From Phoronis australis (Eukaryota > Animalia > Phoronida), in contig NMRA01000132.1 in the NCBI GenBank assembly GCA_002633005.1, positions 434,001-498,000 on the forward strand: 64,000 nt of DNA. The letters run 5' to 3'. Numbering within the stretch: the stretch's first letter is position 1; every line of letters begins with the position of its first letter. Below are positions 26,933 to 36,243 of this stretch, piece after piece. Both the position numbers and the translations under genes were made by a program. The notes beneath the pieces are model-generated. The model did no database searches and was not told the DNA's origin. It worked only from the letters and a program-made list of their open reading frames with translations.

Positions 26933-29900
26933 TAGCAGCAGCAGGAGCAGCAGCATTTCAATGAAAGACTATATCAAACCACATGACAACAGAGAATCTT
27001 TTGGACGTTTAAAGGGAAATGATGTTGCTTTATGAAGAGAGTGAGATCGCAGAAAAAAAATTGTAATGGCACTTTTACGGGAGTGGTCTTGCTTTTACGC
27101 CTGTGTGTAACTTTAAATCTCGTTCATATACGCCAGGTGTATATTTGCACATGTGTAAATTTACATTTACACAACTTATGGAGATGGTGTAATAATTCAC
27201 CCGAGTGTAGCTTTATACCCGAATGTATTTGCGTTTACATGGCAAAAATACACACTGTGGGTGTAAATATACACTTGGGTGTAAACATCATCATGGTCGA
27301 CCGTTTTGTATCACTCGGTCTTCGCTTACTTGCTTTTTGCGCATGTCTTGATTTCGGCATCCTCGACTTCGTGCAGCATGTCGATATTTGACTACTCCTC
27401 TAAACGACGTTTCCCTTTATTCTTATTTATGCAGTTCTGGGCCTGTTATGTCTCATGCGACTCTCAATACAATGACGCAGTCCGTATCTCACTCGATCAG
27501 CTCGACACGATCAAGAGATTCGTGGCCAAGTACCCAGACGTTTTCGAGTTCGTCACTACTGCAGACGGTAATTTTGCCATTCACGACTTATTGTTAACAG
27601 CGACATCTGTTGATACATTTGAAAGAAAACTGTGAACTGACACGGAAATGGCCGTCTTAACCACAGGGCCAGGCATTTGCCTAGGGGCCCCATGACCTTG
27701 GAGGTCCCAGGCCGATCTATGTCAATTTGCAGTCTTACAAAAATTTAGGGACAAAAACTACAAGCTTGAGCTCTCAGTGCCGGATTTACCGATGAGCCAA
27801 CAAAGCTGAAATTTGGGGCCGCCCAAAACAGGGGCAAAGCCCCACCTTGTCGTAACAAGATCTCGTATAACTTTAACCCAATGATCCTCAACGCGGAATC
27901 GAACCTACTAGTACAATGCCTGTCGTCCATAATGCTCTATCTGCTATTAGATAGGTGAATACGGTCTTGCGTAGCCCCGCGGTACCAGTGGAGTGGCAAC
28001 TGAATGCTAGAGCTAACAAGGCGTATTCTGTTAGAATTTTTGGATAAGTTGGACTCCCAGTTTTGAAATCCTGTATAAACCCCTGGATGGAACCCCGCTC
28101 TACCTTAACTGATAATCTGGCACGCGGTTATTTTCAGTGAAAATTGACTTGCATTTTATTTATGACTGCAATTACAAAGATTACCCCTTTTTATTGAAAT
28201 TGGTCGCTAGACAAACTTGGTGACGAAGATGATACATCTTCTGATGTGAAACAAAAACTTGAAGCCAATCTGGATATTTGACTTTAATACTGAAACTATT
28301 CCAATATATTCATACTCCTTTATTTGGCACATCAAAACGTCAAGGCGTTTTTAGAGCAACTAAAATTTTATATCACCACTGACATTTAATTATAGCAGGG
28401 GGTTTAAAACAGCCCTTCTGGTTTGGGTCATCATTTGTATTACGAAACTATTAACTTGAGCAGTGCTTTGCAAATCGGGGTTTCTGAGAAAATGGGTATT
28501 AATTACTGTCATTTGCACAAAGTGTACATGTTAATAAGAGAAGAAACTGCAGATTTTAATGCCTGTCTGTATAATGGCAAACGCAGTCATGATAAATGTG
28601 TGTTTTAGGTATCATGGATGCCTTCAGGAAAGGTAAAATTGCCAGTCTTGTCGGGTTGGAGGGTGGTCACTCCATAGACAGCAGTCTAGCGACCTTACGA
28701 ATGTTCTACGATCTTGGTGTTCGCTACATGACGATTACACACAGTTGCAACACTCCTTGGTAGGTGGACATCGCCTGTGCGGTGATTATTAAAGGCCCGC
28801 GCAACGCTAATGAAGTCCGGCCGAAATTGCAAATTTTAAACTTGGCTAGATTAAGTTAGTACCAGAGAATCTTCCCATTGTTGCGATCAGTGAACTATAT
28901 TCAGCTCATGGTTTTAGCATGTGTAATGGAGAACGCTGACTCATCATATCAAAAATGAAAGTTTCCACCCTAAAACACGAGTAGCCAAAATTACAGTATT
29001 CAAACATGGCGTTGCATGAAACTTGGTGGCATCTTTCACTATGTAGGCCAGCTACTTGTGCAGGTTAATTGTCGTTGTTATTTGCTTGTGGTTTGTGCAA
29101 ATGAGATAAAAGAAACATTTTATTTTGATTGTATCTTTAATGTATCACAGTTGTTTGAAAGCCGATTTTTCACTAACGTTTACTACTTCGTTTGTACCCC
29201 AATTTAAAAAATTCATGTCAACATAATCAATACATCTAGACTGCAATAAGAGATTTGTTCATGTAAACGTTAAAAAATTGTGCATGACATTGTTCACCCT
29301 TCCTGAAATCAATCCAACTTAGCAGTTTTCGTTCTACAGGGCAGATAACTGGAAGGTTGATTTGAAGACTGGTGGGGATCCAGCATTCAGTGACGGGCTT
29401 TCTGAATTCGGCAAGGTTGGTACAGTTCATCATAGGCCTTTAGTCTTTCATTTAAGAAGTTCAATACTTCTGTATCTAGCTATTTTATTTTTCCTGGAGC
29501 GAGTGAACCCCATGCCATGGTCGTCCACTTTAAGAAGTCATCTCATCAAAACGCTCTTTGTATTTATTTAGTGGGTAATTACTCTTTTGCAGTTCAGGAA
29601 TTTTCCAGGTGACAATAAAAATTCTGCTGCATATTGCATAATCGAGACACTGAATGTGACCGTTGTCTGGTTGTTTTATGCACCCTCATATGCCTGTGTG
29701 TGCGTGCGTGCGTGCGTGCGTGCGTGTGGGTGATTATGCTGCTATTCCATACGTCTGTCCGTCCGTCCACAGTCCATTGCCGTATCTCCAAAACCCCTTG
29801 ATAGATTTTGTAGGCAAGATTCTATCAGCTTGGGCGAATTTTCGAACGGACCCGACCACGGGTGGGCTCCCTAGTGGCAATTTCAAGGCTTTTTACATTT

Positions 29901-32900
29901 ATGTCTGTATCGTTGGAGCTCCTGCATACACGGATTTTCATAAAATTTGGCAAAATAGGTATCTACTAAGGAGACTACGCTGGTTTCTCGTTTTGGGCTG
30001 GATTTGATGTATTCTTCGCTGCCCAGTACTAGTTTTTGTTGTTTTGGAGTCTGTTTTTGACGTCCACCTCTTCAAAGTCCTTACCTTAAAGACTTAAAGA
30101 TGCTACGTCTCATTAAATTGTGAATATGCATATCAAAGACTAGTTTAAAAAACAACCCCCGGTCTTCCGGTGGGCCGAAAACCATCCGAGAACCAGTTAC
30201 ATCACAATCTCGCGAAAGTCTCGTTTACCGAGATTGTATTTCTGTAATTAATTGAGTATTATTTCATGTTACCCTAATGGAAGAAGTCGCAGTTTTTAAT
30301 ATTTGTTTACTTCACTATCAAATAGCGGTTGCGTAACATTTGTAATTAGTAGGGTGTTTTATATGTTTAGATTTGTTGTCATTCCAAGCCCTGCTAACTG
30401 TTCAGTGTCACCTAAGGAACGATTCCTGAATGACGGCCATGTTGTCCATCAGTTGGTATTCTATAAGAAATAGGACGACTGGCGATGATTTTCCGACGAC
30501 TTCAACTACTGTGGCGCGTCCTAGTGGCAGTTTTTTGTTTATTTTTTGCGCCCATACCTACATATCTCCTAGGCCCACTGCAGGATCAAATTTAGGTAGT
30601 GTATTTTTATAAAATTGACTACGGACGACCACCGACTTTCAGACGCATCCGACAAACGCTGTGGTCCCTAGTGGCAATTTCATGTTTCCGTTTTTTTTGT
30701 TTCTCTGAAGTTTCTTGACAGATTTTCATGAAATCCCGTTTTTAGATGGATTCTACGTATTTTTACGCCTTCCGTCCGTCCGGGCGGGCGGCGTCCGTCC
30801 GGCGTCCGCTGCTCTATCTCCAAAACCGATTGACGAATGTTCATGAAAGTTTGCACATGTGTTCCTTTCATAAATGGGACGGCATGAGCGAACTTTCGGA
30901 CAGATCCGACTACCGGTGTGCCCCCTAGTGGCAATTTCAATTTTTTTACGTTTACCTTATATTTTCACAAAATGTGGTATATAGGTATCTATTAGTGAGA
31001 CGACGGTGTCCTCCCGTTTTCGCATGGATTTGGCGTAGTTTGCGCCACCTAGTACCCATTTTTACTGTTTTCGAATCTGTTGTTTAGCGTCCGCCCCTTT
31101 ATCAACCAAACCGCTCTAAGCAAGATTGTGAAAATTTGCATGTATGTTCTTACTATGAATAGGACGGTTGGCAATGATTTTACGACGACTTCTACTACTG
31201 TGGCGCCTCCTAGAGGCATTGTTTGCGCCTATGGCTATATCTCCTAAACCGTTTGCAGGATCCTTACTAAATTTAGTAAGTGCATTTATATGATGATGAC
31301 AACGGACGACGACGACTTTCGGACAGATCTGGCTACTGGTGTGCCACCTAGTGGCAATTTTATTTTTTTATGTTTATCTCTGTATCTTCAAAGGTTCCCA
31401 ACGTATTTTCATAAAATTTGGTGTACAGGCTTCTGTTAGTGAGATGACGCTATGTTTACGTTTTCAGATGGATTCAATCTAGTTTGCGCCACCTAGTGGT
31501 CATATTTACTGTTTTGAGTCTGTTTTGGCGTCCACCCCTCTATCAACCAAACCGCTTTCAGGATAATTGTGAAAATTGGCATGTATGTTTTTACTATGAA
31601 GTGGAGGGTTGACGATAATTTCTGATGACTTTGACTATTGTGGCGCCTCCTTGTGGCAGTTTCTTTTTTGCGCCCTTGGCTGCATCTCCTAAACCGTTTG
31701 CAGGATCTTTACTAAATTTAACAAGTGTGATTATATGATGTTGACAACGGACGACGGCGATTTTCGGATGGATCTGACTACTGGTGTGTTAACTAGTGGC
31801 TATTTTAGTTTTACGTTTACCTCTGTATCTTTAAAGATCCTCAACGGATTTTCGTAAAATTTTGATTACGGGGATCTACGGGTGAGATGACGCTATCCTC
31901 CCTTTTTCGTATGGAATCAAGGTATTTTGCGCCACCTAGTGGCCATTTTTGCTGCTTTCGAGTCTGTTTTTGGCGTCTTCCCCTCTATCAACCAAATCAT
32001 TTTAAGGATGATTTTGAAAATTGGCGTATATGTTCTCAGTGTGAAGAGGACGGTTGACAATGACAACTTTGACTAATGTGGCGCCTCCTAGTAGTAGTTT
32101 TTGTTTTGTTTTGTTTTGTGTTGCGCCCATAGTTGTATCGCCTAAACCCACTGCAGGATCTGTATGAAGTTTAATTTGTTAGTGTATTTATATGAAGCTA
32201 ACAGCAGACAATGACGACTTTCAGGCGGATGCAATAAACAGTGTGCCCCCTAGTGGCAATTTCACTTTAATATGTTTTCCTTTGTTTCTCTGAAGTTCCG
32301 TGACGGATTTCTAGGAAATTTGGTGTATAGCTTTCTATTAAAGAAGGAATGACATGTTTCCGTTTCCGGATAGATTGTACTTTTTTGCGCCATGTAGTGG
32401 CCATTCTTATGACACAAATAAACAACCTCAAAAGCACACCATTTGCGATGCATTCGTGGGCGCGTTGCTCTTGTTTATGTTGCAAATAAGTTACAAGAAG
32501 CCCACCGTTTGCGGTGCATTTGTGGGCGCATTTCAACGTTTCTGCATTGCTCTTGTGTTCTTTGTCGTCTGCCTTCCAATCCTTCAAACTTCGTGAAGAA
32601 TCTTAATGAAAGGTGGCTGGTGTGCTCCTGTATTTCTGACTTGTATTGCACACCCTAGATGTTATTATAAAGTTTAATATCATTCTTCGTTTAGTGAGAA
32701 TGTTTAACGAATCATCACCTGGTGTTATCTGCGATGCGCACGTCTAATGCATATTAACGCTTTGTTTTGGTTTTGCTTTATTTCAGAAAGTTATCTTGGA
32801 GATGAACAGGCTGGGTATGCTCGTTGACCTATCACACGTGAGCAAAAAGACAATGCTCGACGCATTAGAAACAACGAAAGCACCAGTTATCTTCAGCCAC

Positions 32901-32963
32901 ACATCGGCGTTTGCTCTTTGCAATCATTACCGCAATGCTCAGGACGATGTATTAAGGAAAACG
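23340..32963 (+). CDS. DPEP1: Membrane dipeptidase (M19, DPEP1-like), block A: coding exons 1-6; no A-specific exons 7-10 visible
   Basis: join(23340-23527,24315-24456,27435-27567,28609-28759,29340-29415,32787-32963). All introns GT-AG and phase-consistent. Translation contains [47 protein letters not shown] and HYRN, the Zn-ligand and substrate motifs of renal dipeptidase. The symbol is family-level, not proven orthology. Confidence 0.93.
23572..23945 (+). repeat. Short copy of the same array family in A intron 1
   Basis: (GTCC)n at 23625-23670 followed by ~2 monomers; alignable with 34352-34550. Confidence 0.65.
24315..24456 (+). CDS. DPEP1: DPEP-like A exon 2
   Basis: tttcag|[16 protein letters not shown]...[16 protein letters not shown]|gtgaga. 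Confidence 0.93.
26831..26955 (+). repeat. Imperfect (CAG)n microsatellite, A intron 2
   Basis: ~40 CAG-type triplets with interruptions; intronic. Confidence 0.97.
27435..27567 (+). CDS. DPEP1: DPEP-like A exon 3
   Basis: tgcag|[45 protein letters not shown]|gtaatt. Confidence 0.93.
28609..28759 (+). CDS. DPEP1: DPEP-like A exon 4
   Basis: ttttag|[50 protein letters not shown]|gtaggt. Confidence 0.94.
29340..29415 (+). CDS. DPEP1: DPEP-like A exon 5
   Basis: ctacag|[26 protein letters not shown]|gttggt. Confidence 0.92.
29672..32660 (+). repeat. Helentron/DINE-1-like non-autonomous element(s) with central tandem array (~147-bp monomers, ~440-bp trimeric higher-order unit) in A intron 5
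   Basis: (GCGT)n/(GTCC)n heads at ~29700-29768 and ~30770-30810; recurring monomers containing GCC(A/C)CCTAGTGG; hairpin-bearing tails at 32420-32475 and 32494-32556. The tandem structure is seen directly; the Helentron class is inferred. Confidence 0.75.
32787..32963 (+). CDS. DPEP1: DPEP-like A exon 6
   Basis: tttcag|[59 protein letters not shown]|gtaaga. Confidence 0.94.
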
Positions 32964-34219
32964 GTAAGAAAAATGGAGGGGTCGAGCTTAACATGGTCTT
33001 GCACAACAGTTGTTGGTATTGGCTACTTCAAGGTTTACCTAGCGTTTCCAAGTATGAAAGCAAAGCGCACGTAGGGGAAAAAGGTCCCAATTTATGTCTA
33101 TAAATAAGACCACGTTTAAAAACAACGAATACGAAAATATATTGGAAAATAACGCAATTATGACAACATCAAGTGGAAAGTACAGAATACAAAAACAAAT
33201 ACAAAAATATGCAAAAATGGCAGAGATAATCGAAAAGCAATTAGATAGGGGATTGAGGTAAAATAGAGTTAGGAATGAGCAGGATAATAATTTGCTAGAA
33301 AAAGGGGGAGGAAAAATCCATCAGCTAATCTTGAATTACTATCGAGGTCTAGCTGAGTGCTAAGAATACGGCTGCAAAAGGTCCAAATATCACTGTATTA
33401 GTCCATGACATGGGGGTGGATGACTAATAGACACTTACAAATAGGAGGCGAAAGGTAGTTCGTCTGCTCACAAAAATATATCTGACTAGTGAAATGTCAT
33501 TTATGTTCCACTGATTCACGTATGATGGAAAAACGGAACCTAGGTGTGTCAACGAAGATATTTCCTCAGATATGAAGACAAGGCTCACGTAGGCAATAAA
33601 ATGTAATATGTTGTGACTAGGAATAACACGAGGATAACAATAGATCAAAACGAACATGATAGAGACTGGGATGGTGGGCGATCAAAAGCACCACGAAGTC
33701 ATCTCACTCCTATCGATGAAACGCACTTGGGATAACGATAAGAGAATTGTGGCATGGCAGACACATTAGTAAGGACGGCTGTGGCAACTGTGGCTCCTCC
33801 TAGTGTCGTTTTTGTCTTTTTTGCGTCTTCGGCTGTGTCTCCATATTCCGAGGATCTTTGTGATATACTATAAATGTGATAACGAATGTCTACGACACTT
33901 GGTCGGTTTCGACTACCGCGTATCCCCTAATGCCAATCTTAGTTTTAAAGTGTAAATTGCAAGGTCTAAGTATGTTAAATTGTAATAATATTTTCAAGAT
34001 ATTGTTAGTTGGATATATCTTCTTCCAATTATCATGTTATTGTGTCTGTAGTTACGTTAAAAAGCGAAAATTAAAAAAAATCCGCGAAAAGTTGACCTTT
34101 GACACCGTGACATGGTGTTGGGGAACACAAACTAGATCAATATCCCACAATGCAGTTTACCGCCCATACAAAACAGTGGAAGACGAACAAGGAGCGTTCA
34201 ATCTTGGCGTGATTTAGAC

Positions 34220-34350
34220 ATGGTACATCGGTGTGTGTGCGCCAACTGTGCTAACACCAGCCAGGTGGAAGGCGTGACCCTATTTAGGTTTCCCAAAGAC
34301 AAGCATCTGGCCGCGAAATGGCACGTTTTCGTGTGCACTGCTCGTCATTG
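34220..34350 (+). mobile_element. THAP zinc-finger ORF (N-terminus of a DNA-transposon protein), truncated by the assembly gap
   Basis: ATG 34220 gives MVHRCVCANCANTSQVEGVTLFRFPKDKHLAAKWHVFVCTARH, with the THAP C-x4-C-x-N, F-x-F-P-x-D and W signature. The ORF is open up to the N at 34351. Confidence 0.8.
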
Positions 34351-34351
34351 N
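34351..34351. other. Single-N assembly break of unknown true size
   Basis: N at 34351; the THAP ORF stops abruptly and unrelated intron-1-like sequence follows. Confidence 0.95.
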
Positions 34352-34915
34352 CTAGCGATGACTTTTGAAAGAAGGCTCCGACTTCTGTAGCGTTTCCTGG
34401 CATTTTTGCGTACATCTTTTAAACCCGCTGCAGGATCTGTTTTAAATTTGGCAATTTTTTTCTTTGAAGATGACATCCGATAACGGCGTCTTTCGCACGG
34501 ATTTGACTATCTCTGTACCTCCTAGTAGCATTTATGCTAGTTTTTTCGACGGATTTATCAGCTTTTGTGTTGTTTGCGAACAGATGTCACGCTCCAAGTC
34601 TAGCTAGATTTATTAGAGCGTTAATCTAGGATATTTGATGGTAGACAGGTAAATTGTCTGTAAATTTTGATTTACAGACACGCCTGAGAAAGTAGTTACC
34701 CCTTCGAGTACAAGCTGTCTAAATTTTGCAAATCAAGGCGTTACCTGAGGTACTTGTGACGCCCAAATGAACCAAAATACAGTACCGGGTGTTGACGAAC
34801 ATAAAAAAGTCACAACTAATGCGTGCGAAATGGATATGTAGATTCCGCACTCGTGCAAATGTCTTTCTGGGTTGCTTTCGTCACTTGAAATTGAATCTTG
34901 ACCCTATGATTTCAG

Positions 34916-35057
34916 TCACAACGACTTGGCTTGGCAGTTCCGTTTGAATGAACGGAACCACATATACAATGTCGACCTGAGAAAGAATCTCACAGGGATC
35001 TGGAATATCACCCACACAGACATTCCACGCCTGAAACAGGGGCAAGTCGGTGGCCAG
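34916..35057 (+). CDS. DPEP1: DPEP-like B exon 2
   Basis: tttcag|[16 protein letters not shown]...[16 protein letters not shown]|gtagga. Confidence 0.93.
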
Positions 35058-36175
35058 GTAGGAATAAAAGCAGTGATCACGCTTAGCAGGGTAATCTTGA
35101 AAATTTGAACAAGTACAGCCTGTGTCGAAAAAGGTGCAGTCCCAAATGCAAGATGGTCTTCCTATAACGCCAATTGTTTCTCGTTTAGTTTCAATGCATT
35201 TAGGTCCTACCGCCCTTTAGCGGGTCCACCTTGCTTGTTTTTACCAAGATTGTCTTTCGTTTAGAGATTGTGGGACGTCTTCGATGGATTGTGGGAAACC
35301 GGGTCTGAGTTCTGTAGACTCAAGAATCTCGAGACTGAAGCTAGTGCGATTACGTGCTTTGCTTGTAGTGCATGGCGATATCTCGCAAAGAAGTGTGATC
35401 TTGTATTTTTGCCGACACAAAGTAACGTTCGCTAGTAAAGAAAATATTATTTTATAACAATTGCCCTGAACTTAGATACCACTGAGGCTCAGGTATCGAT
35501 TCCGCGGGAGTGCTTTGCGAACTTTATAGCAAACGGCATGTAAAGATCCAGTAAGAACAAGCGAAGGGTGGTTTAAAAATTGCCAAATGGCAGATCCCGT
35601 TCAAAAGTTCAATGGGTTTACTCACTTTGCCAACCATTCCTCGAACGTATTACAAGCCAATAAGGCAATACATATGTCGGGTTGGAGTCAAGTCGTGGAT
35701 GCGTCGAGGATATGGAAACAGCGCTGTTTGTAACCTAGCGGAGTTCCGAAAGCACGTGATTTCCTGTTCTCATGTCGTACATAAAATTACCTGCGCAAAA
35801 TTTCTGTAAGGGCATCGCCTGAATGATAAATTTGGGAGTTCTTAACTGCGGTGGCTTAGTAGTGGTACCCATGGAAGCTGCATGTCAATAATCGCGTCCG
35901 AAATATTGCTCGTGATTTATATTTTAAAACATGGTTCTAGTTTTGATTATTTTTGGTGTGTGATTACTGACACTGATTATTATATTAGTGAGGTAAACAT
36001 ACTTTGGCTTGGCTTGGTCTGGTCGCGTTCATGACGCGATGGCTTTTGGAAATTCAGGGTTCAAATTCAACAACGAGCTTTTGCAAAAGTGAACCGAAAA
36101 ATTTTTCTGATGAAGTTGCACCTTTTTGGAATGGTGTATATCAGAAAAGCCGTGAAAGATTCATCCAGCAGCAGG

Positions 36176-36243
<68 letters not shown>

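Larger units (their letters stand above)
33770..34550 (+). repeat. Same array family on both sides of the THAP insertion and gap (33770-33948 and 34352-34550)
   Basis: Monomer motifs TGTGGCTCCTCCTAGTG (33789) and GACTACCGCGTATCCCCTAATGCC (33911) lie left of the insert. The segment right of the N aligns with A intron 1 from ~23740. Confidence 0.65.

Noticed and set aside
26702-27035. Poly-L and poly-S ORFs
   Set aside because: Artefacts of the intronic CAG microsatellite; no splice or homology support.
29861-32402. Regularly spaced CCTAGTGG motifs as a repeat-spacer array
   Set aside because: The sequences between motifs are homologous to each other, so this is a tandem repeat rather than unique spacers.
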